From assembly GCA_035712245.1 (NCBI GenBank), contig DASTBC010000035.1, positions 1 through 51,717 on the forward strand: a DNA stretch of 51,717 nucleotides. Direction: 5' to 3'. The position numbers were made by a program, and so were the translations under genes. This document shows, piece after piece, positions 1 to 8,641 of the stretch. The DNA is from Candidatus Eiseniibacteriota bacterium. GTDB taxonomy: Bacteria > Eisenbacteria > RBG-16-71-46 > SZUA-252. Within the stretch, counting starts at the first letter, position 1; every line of letters starts with the position of its first letter. The notes below the pieces were generated by a model. The model had not been told where the DNA came from and searched no databases. It was given only the letters and a program-made list of their open reading frames with translations.

Positions 1-167
1 CGCTTATGCGGAGCGGTCTGAGTACGGTACGTAAAAAAGACGCTCCAACGTAGGCCTCGCCAAACGAATGCCCCGCATCCCTCCCATCCCTCCTCGAGTT
101 TCCGGTTTTTCCGGTCGCGGAGTCCGGGAAGGGTGCTCAACGTCCTGCAGAGTGCTTAGAAACGATC

Positions 168-213
168 AGAGCCTCCGAGCCGGTAACTCTCGGAGGCTCT
201 TTGTATTCGTTTG
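168..213 (+). terminator. Rho-independent terminator of an off-window upstream plus-strand gene
   Basis: Perfect 12-bp stem agagcctccgag (168-179) / ctcggaggctct (189-200) with a 9-nt loop, followed by the T-rich tail ttgtattcgttt. Confidence 0.6.
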
Positions 214-259
214 ACGCGCTTACGCTTGGTCGAGCGGGCGAGGTGATGCGCTCGTATTC

Positions 260-298
260 TCCGGAGGCAGACGCTCTATCCAGCTGAGCTACGGGCGC
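260..298 (-). pseudogene. 5' half of a tRNA-Arg(CCG)-like gene, truncated directly after the anticodon loop
   Basis: The reverse complement reads GCGCCCGTAGCTCAGCTGGATAGAGCGTCTGCCTCCGGA. This covers the acceptor 5' strand, the D-arm, the anticodon-stem 5' strand and a CUCCGGA loop (anticodon CCG). The following bases (GAATACGAGCGCATCACC...) cannot pair as an anticodon-stem 3' strand, T-arm or acceptor 3' strand. Confidence 0.6.
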
Positions 299-358
299 TC
301 GGGGCGCATCCTACCAAATCCGGGAATCTCGGTCGATGCGACCTCCCAAGGGTCACTT

Positions 359-369
359 CCCCCCCCCCC
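359..369. repeat. Homopolymeric C11 tract in the intergenic region upstream of the sensor kinase gene
   Basis: Direct reading gives cacttCCCCCCCCCCCggagg, with 11 consecutive C at 359-369. Confidence 0.9.
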
Positions 370-645
370 GGAGGATGGTAGCGTTTCGGTGGTTCACCAC
401 GGCCGGTCGGGCCCTCTCGACCCAAGTCTTCACCCGATGCGAGTGGAACCTCGACACGGCCCACGCCAGAGATGGAGCTTGGGCATGAAGCCGGACATGG
501 AAGAGAGTGGCAAGCCCTCGGTCTACGCCTGGGCGGCGCTCCGGTCGCTGGAGGAGAACGCGAGCCTGCGCCGCCGCCTGTCGCGGCGGACGCGCGACCT
601 GTTGACTTCCCCGAAGAACACGGTCGCCGGAACGACGGATCTCTC

Positions 646-3600
646 ATGAGCGCCCAGGCACACCCGACGCACCTTGTCGTCGTCGGATCCTCGGCCGGCG
701 GGGTCGAGGCGCTCGGCACGCTGGTCTCCGGCCTCCCCGAAGATTTCCCCGCCGCCGTCGTCCTCGCGCAGCACCTCGACCCGGGCCGCCCCAGCTTTCT
801 CCCGGGGATCCTGGAGCGCCGCTCCAAGCTGCCCGTGATCGCGATCGCCGGGGAGGCCGCGCTCGCGCCCGGGCACGTCTACGTCGTCCCGTCCAACCGG
901 CACGTGGTGATCCGGGACGGAAACGTGGTCGCGGAGGGGGACCACGCCGACCGGCCGTGCCCCTCCATCGATCTCCTCCTCTCCACGGCGGCCCGATCCT
1001 ACGGCGAGCGGCTGATCGCCGTGATCCTGACCGGTTCCGGGTCCGACGGGGCCGAGGGCGCCGTCGAGGTGAAGGAGCATGGTGGATGCGTCATCATCCA
1101 GAATCCCCGGACCGCGGCCCATCCCTCCATGCCCGCCGCCCTCCCTCCCACCGCGGTGGACCATGTCGCGGACATGGAGCAGATCGCTCCCCTGCTCCAC
1201 GACATCCTCCGCGGCGCCACCATCGAGAAGCAGATCGAGTCGGTGGACCGGAGCTCGCTGGACGGGGTGCTGCAGGTGCTGGCGCACCACGGGGGCATCG
1301 ATTTCAGTCAGTACAAGCCGGCGACCCTCCTCCGGCGGATTGGCCGCCGCATGGCGCTGACCCACACCCATCACCTCGAGGAGTACCGGGAGTACCTGAA
1401 CACGCACCCCGCGGAGGTCGACCAGCTCCTCAAGTCCTTCCTCATCAAGGTGACCGAGTTCTTCCGGGATCCCGAAGCGTTCCGCGCGCTGGAGCGCGAG
1501 ATCATGCCGCGCCTGATCGAGGTGGGACGCGAGCGCGGGCGCGTGCTCCGGCTCTGGTCCGCCGGAAGCGCCACGGGCGAGGAAGCGTACTCGATGGGGC
1601 TCCTCCTCGCGGGCATGCTGGGACGCGAGCTGCCGGAGTGGAACATCCGAATCTTCGCGACGGACGTGGACGAGGAGGCGGTGTCCTACGCGAGACGCGG
1701 CTACTACCCCCTGACGGTGCTGCGAAATCTCCCCGCGGAGTACAAGGCAAACTACTTCGAGCCCGTGGATCACGGTCTTCGCATCGTGAAATCGCTGCGG
1801 CAGATGATCATCTTCGGACAGCAGGATCTCTCGCGCGGGGTCCCGTTTCCCCGGATCGACCTCGTCTCCTGCCGGAACCTGCTCATCTACTTCAAGCCGG
1901 ACCTCCAGCAGACGGTGCTGGACCTGTTCGCGTACTCCCTCCACCAGACACGGGGATACCTGTTCCTGGGCAAGGCCGAGACCGCGAGGCCGACCAAGGC
2001 CACGTTCGAGCTGGTGAACAAGAAGTGGAAGATCTACCGCTGCACGAGCGGGCCGCTCGCCATGGCCGGCCGCGCCCAGGCGAACGGCAAACACTCGGCG
2101 GCTCCGGCCGCGAGAACGGCTGCCGGTGAGACCCCCGTGCGGCCCGCGGAAGCGAGGGCCGGCGACGAGACGGATCTGCGGCGGATCGCGGAGCTCGCCC
2201 TGCGGTCGCTGCCCGTCGGCATCTGCGTGATCGATCGGTCCTACCGGATCCAAAGCATGAACATGGCCGCACGGAGGCTCCTGGGCGTGCGGGAAGCGGG
2301 CCTGGACCACGACTTCCTCCACACGGTGCGGGGCGTGCCCTACGACGAGGTGCGCACCGCGATCGACCGGGCGTTCCGCGAGCGGACGGTCATCGTCCTT
2401 CCGCAGCTGGAGCTGAGGGACGGCATGGGCGAGGCGCGCTTCATCACGATGCGGGCCATTCCCTTCGAGCCTGCCACGATCGATCTGGCTCTCATCTGCG
2501 TGGAGAACGCGACCGAGCTCGTCGAGGTCCGCCGCCGCCTCGACGCGGTTTTAGCGGAGCAGGGCCAGTTGGCGGAGGATCTGGGCGCGGCCAACCAGCG
2601 GCTGATGGAGATGAACAAGGAGCTCCAGGACGCGAACGAGGAGCTCCAGGCGTCGAACGAGGAGATGATGCTGACCCAGGAGGAGCTCCAGGCCACGAAC
2701 GAGGAGCTCGAGACGAACAACGAGGAGCTCCAGGCCACGAACGAGGAGCTGGAAACCACGAACGACGAGCTCCAGGCTCGAACCGGAGAGCTCCACGAGC
2801 TGACCCGCATCCTGACCGGCGAGCGGGTCCGCCTCACCGAGATCGTGGCCCAGGCGCCGTTCCACGTGATGGTGCTCCGGGGGCGGGGCCTCACGGTGGA
2901 GGCCCTGGCACAGCCGCTCGAGGAGCTCTTCCAGGTGACGACCGCCTCGGGCCGCCCCTTCGAGGAAATCTCCATGGAGCCCGCCCTCGAGTTGGTGCGG
3001 ATCGGAGTCCGCCGCGCCTTCGTCGAGGGACGGGCCTGGTACTCCGAGGAGACGCGGGTCATCCGGGGTCGTGCCGAGCGCTTCTACAAGTTCTCGGCCG
3101 TTCCGACCCACGTGGCCGACGGCACGGTCGACGGCGTCGTCCTCTACGTGGAGGACGTCACGGAACGGCGGCGGCAGGAGGAGGCCGACCGGCTGGGCAA
3201 GGTGAAGCTCATGCTGGAGCACGCGAACCAGCTCGCGATGGGCCTCTTCACCTCGGAAGGAATGCTCCTTCACGCGACGGAACAGTACCTCGCCATACTG
3301 ACCCGCCTCCGGAAGATCGATCCCCGAGACGCGGCGGGACAGTCGTGGGCGCGCCTCTGGTTCGGCGGGCCGGAGACGGCCGATGCGTTCGACCGGGTGG
3401 TGCGGGACGGCCGCCCGGAGCGCTTGCACGAGGTCCGGGTTTACGCGGTCGAGGAAGACTCCATCTGGGACTGCACCCTCATCCCGATCACGCAGCACGG
3501 AGGCGGTCGGGTGGACTACGTCGTCCTCACCGCCGTGGAGGTGACCCGACCCGTGCTGGCGCGGGAGGCGCTCGAGCAGGTGGACCGGCTCAAGGACAAC

Positions 3601-4296
3601 TTCCTGTCGCTCGCGAGCCACGAGCTCCGGACTCCCCTCACGCCCCTCGCCGCGTACGTGGAGCTCCTCGCACACCTTCTCTCCGAGAAACAGCGCGATC
3701 CGGAGTGGGAGCGGCAGATGAACGACGTCGTCGGCAAGTTCCGCCGGCAGATCGGCTACCTGTCCCGTCTCACCGAGGACCTCGTCGACATCTCACGGAT
3801 CCGCTCCGGGCACCTGTCGCTCGACCTGAAGCCCGTCAGCCTGAAACGGATCGTCGAGGAGGGGCGGGATCAGGCGCTCGCTCTCGGACGCGACCCGACG
3901 ATCGATATGGAGGTGGACGCTTCGAACGACCTGCTGGTCGAGGCCGACGAGATGCGCCTGATCCAGGTCGTCTGGAATCTCCTGTCCAACACCCAGAAGC
4001 ACGCGCCGTCCGCCAAGAACGTCAAGCTCCGCGTCCGCGAGCGCACCTCGAACGGACAGAAGTGGGGCCGCGTCGAGGTCGAGGACAGCGGTTCCGGGAT
4101 CCCTGAGGCATACCGGAAGGATCTCTTCCAGCGCTTCCTCAGCCCCCAGCCCCGGGAAGCGCGCTCGGCGCGGTCCGGTCTCGGCCTGGGCCTCTTCATC
4201 TCCGCGCGGATCGTCGAGCAGCATGGGGGCAGGATCGGGGTGGAACACCTGGACCCGGGGACGCTGATCTACTTCGAGCTTCCGCTCCTGGCCTGA
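646..4296 (+). CDS. CheB methylesterase - CheR methyltransferase - PAS - histidine kinase fusion protein
   Basis: ORF 472..4296. The N-terminus HLVVVGSSAGGVEAL...VLAQHLDP is CheB-like. SAGSATGEEAYSMGLLLA is a CheR SAM-binding motif. An EELQATN heptad coiled coil follows, then PAS-like regions, the HisKA H-box SHELRTPLTP and a HATPase region (VEDSGSGIP...GLGLGLFI). Start chosen at ATG 646 (MSAQAHPTHLVVVG); ATG 472 is the alternative. Confidence 0.9.
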   Translation: MSAQAHPTHLVVVGSSAGGVEALGTLVSGLPEDFPAAVVLAQHLDPGRPSFLPGILERRSKLPVIAIAGEAALAPGHVYVVPSNRHVVIRDGNVVAEGDHADRPCPSIDLLLSTAARSYGERLIAVILTGSGSDGAEGAVEVKEHGGCVIIQNPRTAAHPSMPAALPPTAVDHVADMEQIAPLLHDILRGATIEKQIESVDRSSLDGVLQVLAHHGGIDFSQYKPATLLRRIGRRMALTHTHHLEEYREYLNTHPAEVDQLLKSFLIKVTEFFRDPEAFRALEREIMPRLIEVGRERGRVLRLWSAGSATGEEAYSMGLLLAGMLGRELPEWNIRIFATDVDEEAVSYARRGYYPLTVLRNLPAEYKANYFEPVDHGLRIVKSLRQMIIFGQQDLSRGVPFPRIDLVSCRNLLIYFKPDLQQTVLDLFAYSLHQTRGYLFLGKAETARPTKATFELVNKKWKIYRCTSGPLAMAGRAQANGKHSAAPAARTAAGETPVRPAEARAGDETDLRRIAELALRSLPVGICVIDRSYRIQSMNMAARRLLGVREAGLDHDFLHTVRGVPYDEVRTAIDRAFRERTVIVLPQLELRDGMGEARFITMRAIPFEPATIDLALICVENATELVEVRRRLDAVLAEQGQLAEDLGAANQRLMEMNKELQDANEELQASNEEMMLTQEELQATNEELETNNEELQATNEELETTNDELQARTGELHELTRILTGERVRLTEIVAQAPFHVMVLRGRGLTVEALAQPLEELFQVTTASGRPFEEISMEPALELVRIGVRRAFVEGRAWYSEETRVIRGRAERFYKFSAVPTHVADGTVDGVVLYVEDVTERRRQEEADRLGKVKLMLEHANQLAMGLFTSEGMLLHATEQYLAILTRLRKIDPRDAAGQSWARLWFGGPETADAFDRVVRDGRPERLHEVRVYAVEEDSIWDCTLIPITQHGGGRVDYVVLTAVEVTRPVLAREALEQVDRLKDNFLSLASHELRTPLTPLAAYVELLAHLLSEKQRDPEWERQMNDVVGKFRRQIGYLSRLTEDLVDISRIRSGHLSLDLKPVSLKRIVEEGRDQALALGRDPTIDMEVDASNDLLVEADEMRLIQVVWNLLSNTQKHAPSAKNVKLRVRERTSNGQKWGRVEVEDSGSGIPEAYRKDLFQRFLSPQPREARSARSGLGLGLFISARIVEQHGGRIGVEHLDPGTLIYFELPLLA
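2617..2784 (+). repeat. Eight tandem 21-bp units encoding a heptad (E-E-L-Q-A-T-N)n coiled coil inside the kinase gene
   Basis: Units begin at 2617, 2638, 2659, 2680, 2701, 2722, 2743 and 2764. 2680-2700 and 2722-2742 are identical (gaggagctccaggccacgaac), so 2680-2763 is effectively a 42-bp duplication. Confidence 0.85.
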
Positions 4297-4313
4297 CCGT
4301 CCCCGCGGACGAC

Positions 4314-4712
4314 CTACGGATGTCCGGGACTCGCGGTCCCGGTGGCGACGGGCCGGTATCGGTCCAGAATCGCCCGCATCGCCCCCCAGTCCGTGGGCTT
4401 TCGGAGGATCGTGGCCCCGCGGATGCGGCGGGCGGCCTCGGAGGCCGTCGCGGTCGAGGCGGCGGTGTGGATCACCACCGCCGGGAGGGGCGCGATCTCC
4501 GAGAGACGCTCGATCAGCGTCGCGCCGTCCATCTCGGGGAGCATGAGATCCACGAAGATCAGATCGAACTCGGGATCCCGCCGGTAGCGCGCGATCGCCT
4601 TCTCGGCGGTCGGAGCCCAGTCCACGCGGGCGTCCTCTTTCCGCAGCAGGAGGCACATGGCGTCACCGGAATCCAGGTCGTCTTCGATGAGGAGGATTCG
4701 AATGGGGCGCAT
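4314..4712 (-). CDS. Single-domain response regulator (receiver only)
   Basis: MRPIRILLIEDDLDSGDAM...DLIFVDLMLPEMDG...ILRKP shows the acidic pocket DD, a phospho-acceptor D in FVDLMLP and a conserved K. Start set at M38 of ORF 4314..4823 (M34 at 4724 is also possible). It converges on the kinase gene, with stops 17 nt apart. Confidence 0.85.
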   Translation of the reverse strand: MRPIRILLIEDDLDSGDAMCLLLRKEDARVDWAPTAEKAIARYRRDPEFDLIFVDLMLPEMDGATLIERLSEIAPLPAVVIHTAASTATASEAARRIRGATILRKPTDWGAMRAILDRYRPVATGTASPGHP

Positions 4713-4794
4713 GTCGAGGACCATCCTTGGAAGCACGAGCGGCTGCCAGCACTGGCGCTCCATGATCGTAGAGACTCCCGGGGACCGAGCGCAA

Positions 4795-5739
4795 TCAGAG
4801 GTTTTTCTCCCGCCGCGAGCCACGCTGCTCCTCGGCGACCAGCTCGCGATGAATGGCCACGGCCGCCCGAGCTCCCTCGGCCGCCGCGACGATGGCGAAC
4901 TGGACGTCGCGGGACGCGTCCCCCGCGACGAACACCCCGGGGACGCTCGCGCACTCGCGGCGGTCGGTCCAGATCGACCCTCCGGGCTTGAAGCGGCACC
5001 GGAGCATCTTCGCGAGCTCGATGCGGGCCTCGTTCGGCGTCGCGAGGAAGATCGCGTCCCGGGCCACGGCTGCCCCCCCGCGCAGGAGAACCCCGCGGAG
5101 AAAGCCGTTTTCCCCCTGGAGGCGTTCGACGCGTTCGGGCCGGATCCCCACTCCGCGGCGCCGGAGGGCGGCCAGCGCCGCCTGCGAGAGCCGCGTGGGC
5201 CCGTCCGTGAAGAGGATGAGGTCCGGGCTCCAGGCGAGGAGCGAGTGCGCGAGACCCGCTCCGCTCTCGCCCCGCCCGTACACGGCGAGCCGGCGATCCC
5301 GCCACTCCCACCCGTCGCAGAAGGGACAGTGATGCACGCTCACGCCGTAGAGTGAATCGATCCCACGGATCGAGGGGATCCGGTCCCGAACGCCGGTGGC
5401 GAGGAGGAGCTTCCGGGCGCGGAACACGCGGCCGCCGGAGACGCGCACGCGAAATCCCGCGCGCGGGTCGGGACCCGCCCCCGTGGCACGAACGCCGAGC
5501 ACGCGCACTCCGTAGCGGCGCAGCTCCGCACGCCCGCGCTTCCGGAGGTCCTCCGGGAGGATGCCGTCGCGGCTCAAGTATCCGTGAACGCCGCGCGAGC
5601 GGTCGTTCCGGTACCGGCCGTCGTCCAGGACCAGGACCGAGCGCCGGGCTCGACCCAGGACGAGCGCCGCGCTGAGTCCCGCCGGTCCCCCTCCGACGAC
5701 GATGACGTCCACGTGCTGGCCTTGCCCGCTCGTTCCCAT
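4795..5739 (-). CDS. Thioredoxin-reductase-like NAD(P)/FAD-dependent oxidoreductase
   Basis: Has an FAD dinucleotide fold (DVIVVGGGPAGLSAAL), a redox CxxC motif in HHCPFCDG, a second GxGxxG-like motif (AVYGRGESGAG) and a C-terminal GVFVAGD motif. Confidence 0.8.
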   Translation of the reverse strand: MGTSGQGQHVDVIVVGGGPAGLSAALVLGRARRSVLVLDDGRYRNDRSRGVHGYLSRDGILPEDLRKRGRAELRRYGVRVLGVRATGAGPDPRAGFRVRVSGGRVFRARKLLLATGVRDRIPSIRGIDSLYGVSVHHCPFCDGWEWRDRRLAVYGRGESGAGLAHSLLAWSPDLILFTDGPTRLSQAALAALRRRGVGIRPERVERLQGENGFLRGVLLRGGAAVARDAIFLATPNEARIELAKMLRCRFKPGGSIWTDRRECASVPGVFVAGDASRDVQFAIVAAAEGARAAVAIHRELVAEEQRGSRREKNL

Positions 5740-5826
5740 CCCCTGAGTCTAGCGTGTGACGCGACGAGGAAGCCCACGGTGTCTGCGGAGCGCATTTCGG
5801 GGCGCGTCCGCCAACGTGGCACGCGC

Positions 5827-7065
5827 TCACCGGCGACCGCGCTTCCGGGCCTCCTCGACGATCTCGATGTCCTTGTCGCCGCGGCCGGACAGATTCACGA
5901 CCACCACGGCGTCCCGCGCGATCCTTCCGGCCCGTCCTTCCCGCGCCACCCACGCGAGGGCGTGCGCCGACTCCAGGGCGGGCAGGATCCCCTCCGTGCG
6001 CGCGAGGAGATCGAACGCGAGGAGCGCTTCCTCGTCCGTCGCCGCGTCGTAGCGTGCCCGTCCGGACGCCGCGAGGAACGCGTGCTCCGGGCCGACGGCG
6101 GGATAGTCGAGGCCGGCCGAGATCGAGTGGGTCTCCCGCACCTGCCCCTCGCCGTCCTGGAGCACGAGAGTGCGCGTTCCATGGAGGACTCCGGGCGCGG
6201 GGTCCGCGAACCGGGCGGCGTGGCGCGCGGTGGAGAGCCCCTCGCCGCCGGCCTCCACCCCGACCATGTCCACCTCGGAGTCTCCGAGGAACGCGTGGAA
6301 GAGTCCGAGCGCGTTGCTGCCTCCTCCGACGCAGGCCACGAGGAGGTCCGGAAGCCGTTCCTCGGCCGCGAGGACCTGCTCCCTCGCCTCTCGACCGATG
6401 ACGCTCTGGAATTCCCGGACCATGGTCGGGTACGGATGCGGTCCGAGGACGGACCCGAGGAGGTAGTGCGTGCTCCGCACGGTGGCGGACCAGTCGCGCA
6501 TGGCTTCGTTGATGGCGTCCTTGAGCGTCCGGCTGCCGGAGGTCACGGCACGGACCTCGGCCCCCAGGAGCCGCATGCGATCCACGTTGGGCCGCTGCCG
6601 GGCCATGTCCGTCTCGCCCATGGTCACGACGCACTCGAGCCCGTAGCGCGCGCAGGCCGTGGCGGTCGCCACGCCGTGCTGCCCGGCGCCGGTCTCCGCG
6701 ATCACGCGCGTCTTCCCCATGCGGCGCGCCAGGAGCGCCTGCCCCACGGCGTTGTTGATCTTGTGCGCCCCGGTGTGGAGGAGGTCCTCGCGCTTCAGAT
6801 AGACGCGGGCGAGGCCGCAGGCCTCGGCGAAGCGGCCGGCGCGGAGGAGCGGCGTGGGGCGCCCGGCGAAGGTCGAGAGCTCGCGGTCGAGGAGTGATCG
6901 AAATCCCTCGTCGCCTCTGGCGTCCTCGTATGCGGCCGCCAGCTCGAGCACGGGTGTCAGGAGCGTCTCCGGAACGTAGATGCCGCCGTACTCACCGAAC
7001 CGGCCCGGAGCCGCCGAGGCCGCCTTCGGACTCACGCCGGGATCCGCGGGCCGCCGCCGCTCCAC
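5827..7065 (-). CDS. trpB: Tryptophan synthase beta chain
   Basis: [15 protein letters not shown]...[16 protein letters not shown]...AETGAGQHG...GGGSNA are TrpB hallmarks. Start set at GTG 7065, 4 nt after the trpF stop. The ORF-track ATG at 7221 would overlap trpF by about 150 nt. GTG 7035 is an alternative. Confidence 0.9.
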   Translation of the reverse strand: MERRRPADPGVSPKAASAAPGRFGEYGGIYVPETLLTPVLELAAAYEDARGDEGFRSLLDRELSTFAGRPTPLLRAGRFAEACGLARVYLKREDLLHTGAHKINNAVGQALLARRMGKTRVIAETGAGQHGVATATACARYGLECVVTMGETDMARQRPNVDRMRLLGAEVRAVTSGSRTLKDAINEAMRDWSATVRSTHYLLGSVLGPHPYPTMVREFQSVIGREAREQVLAAEERLPDLLVACVGGGSNALGLFHAFLGDSEVDMVGVEAGGEGLSTARHAARFADPAPGVLHGTRTLVLQDGEGQVRETHSISAGLDYPAVGPEHAFLAASGRARYDAATDEEALLAFDLLARTEGILPALESAHALAWVAREGRAGRIARDAVVVVNLSGRGDKDIEIVEEARKRGRR

Positions 7066-7069
7066 GGCA

Positions 7070-7702
7070 TCACGACCGCTTCGGTCGGTCCCGGTCCGCC
7101 TCACGGATGCGGTCGAGGAACGCGCGGACCTTCCGCGGGTCCTTTCGTCGGACCTCCGCTTCGAGGCCGCTCGACGCGTCCACGCCGAAGGGCCGGACGT
7201 CGCGGACCAGGGGCGCGACATTGTCGGCGTGGAGGCCCCCCGCGACGATGAGCCTTCGGCCCACCTCGACGCAGCGGCGAGCCCACGTCCAGTCGGAGCG
7301 GGCCCCGGTGCCTCCCGGCAGCTTGGCGTCGTGCGCGTCGAGGAGGTAGGTGCGAAGCGGAATCATGGGGAGCGTGACCGGATCCGGAAGCTCCGCGGCG
7401 CGGAGGACGTGCCACACCTCGCAGTCGAGGCCGTGCTCCCGATCCGCCCAGCCGGAGACCTGAACGGCGCGCAGCCGGAGATCCCTCACGAACGGCGCGA
7501 CGGTCTCGGGGTCCTCGTCGGCGAACACGCCGATCACCGCAGCGTCCTCGGGGAGCGCGGCGCGGATCGTCTTGGCCTCGCTCATCGAGACCCGGCGCGG
7601 GCTCTCGGTGAGGATGAGTCCCAGGAAGTCCGCCCCCGCCTCGCGGGCCATGAGCGCGTCCGCGGGGTTCGTGAGCCCGCACACCTTGACGCGCGTCCTC
7701 AC
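7070..7702 (-). CDS. trpF: Phosphoribosylanthranilate isomerase
   Basis: This is the C-terminal 210 codons of ORF 7070..9769 ([27 protein letters not shown]...LDAHD...GGTG...IVAGGL). GTG start at 7702 has a ggaagggagg RBS and a GTGA overlap with the trpC stop. Confidence 0.88.
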   Translation of the reverse strand: MRTRVKVCGLTNPADALMAREAGADFLGLILTESPRRVSMSEAKTIRAALPEDAAVIGVFADEDPETVAPFVRDLRLRAVQVSGWADREHGLDCEVWHVLRAAELPDPVTLPMIPLRTYLLDAHDAKLPGGTGARSDWTWARRCVEVGRRLIVAGGLHADNVAPLVRDVRPFGVDASSGLEAEVRRKDPRKVRAFLDRIREADRDRPKRS

Positions 7703-8514
7703 GTGCGGAGCCTCCCTTCCCGATCCGGCTCGACGCCGAGGAGGGCGCGCAGCGCCTCCCCGGGAGACGCGGCGCGAAGAAGGGATTCCCCCACGAGAGC
7801 CGCGTCGGCGCCGGATCGCTCGAGCGCCTCGAGATCGGCGCGCGTGCCGTATCCGCTCTCCCCCACGCGCACGCGGTCGGCGGGGATCAGGGGGAGGATC
7901 GACTCCGCGAAGCCACGGCGCATCGCGAGCGTGCGCAGGTCCCGGTTGTTGACGCCGATGACCGCCTCCTCCACCTCGAGCGCCACGTCCACTTCCCGGC
8001 GCTCCAGAATTTCGATCAGGGGCGTGAGCCCGATGTCCCTCATGAGCGAGACGTAGTCGCGGAGTTGCACCGCGCTCAGGAGGGCGACGATGAGGAGCGC
8101 CGCGTCCGCCCCGTGCGCTCGCGCCTCGAAGATCTGACGCTCGTGCACCACGAAGTCCTTGAGCAAGATGGGCACGCGCACGCGCTCCCGCACGCGCGTC
8201 ACGTCCTCCACGGCTCCCCCGAACCGGCTCGGCTCGGTCAGGACCGAGATCGCCGATGCTCCCGCTTCTTCGTACGCGGCCCCGAGCCCGGCTGGATCGT
8301 AGGGTTCCCGCAGCGCGCCGGCGCTCGGAGACGAGCGCTTCACCTCGGCGATCACGCGAAGGGGCGCGTCCGCGGGGCGCCGGACCGCGTCTCCGAACGA
8401 CCGTGGCGGCTCGGCCGCCTCGGCACGGCGGCGCAGCTCCGACGTGGAGACACGGCGCTCCCCGCCCCGCACCTCTTCGAGGCGCTCGCGCGCCATGGCC
8501 GCCAGGAAGTCCAT
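7699..8514 (-). CDS. trpC: Indole-3-glycerol phosphate synthase
   Basis: RVIAEVKRSSPSAG...SVLTEPSRFGG...PILLKDFVVHERQI...IGVNNRDL are canonical TrpC motifs. Confidence 0.93.
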   Translation of the reverse strand: MDFLAAMARERLEEVRGGERRVSTSELRRRAEAAEPPRSFGDAVRRPADAPLRVIAEVKRSSPSAGALREPYDPAGLGAAYEEAGASAISVLTEPSRFGGAVEDVTRVRERVRVPILLKDFVVHERQIFEARAHGADAALLIVALLSAVQLRDYVSLMRDIGLTPLIEILERREVDVALEVEEAVIGVNNRDLRTLAMRRGFAESILPLIPADRVRVGESGYGTRADLEALERSGADAALVGESLLRAASPGEALRALLGVEPDREGRLRT

Positions 8515-8641
8515 GTGAGCGTCGGATTCTAGGTTCCGCCCTGCCGGGGGTCAATCGCGCCGCGAAAACAATCCTCCTCTCTCCCGCCGCGTGCGGTAGA
8601 TTGAGCGGGATGCTCCGGCTCGAGCGTGGAGCGGCACGCGG

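Noticed and set aside
215-298. Possibility that 215-298 is a complete tRNA-Arg(CCG), since an ...ACCA lies at about 221-224 on the minus strand.
   Set aside because: After the anticodon loop, the sequence GAATACGAGCGCATCACCTCGCCCGCTCGACCA cannot pair with the anticodon-stem 5' strand TCTGC or the acceptor GCGCCCG. It also has no T-arm (no GTTCRA motif). Only the 5' half is tRNA-like.
523-3675. Minus-strand ORFs 523..2322 (599 aa), 2340..3062 and 2551..3675 (374 aa).
   Set aside because: They are antisense to the CheB-CheR-PAS-HK gene. Their composition is dominated by R, G, P and L, and they have no recognisable motifs.
4559-6634. 691-aa minus-strand ORF spanning the receiver, oxidoreductase and trpB regions.
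   Set aside because: It runs in alternative frames over three genes that each show clear family motifs. Its translation is nearly pure Arg/Gly/Pro/Ala.
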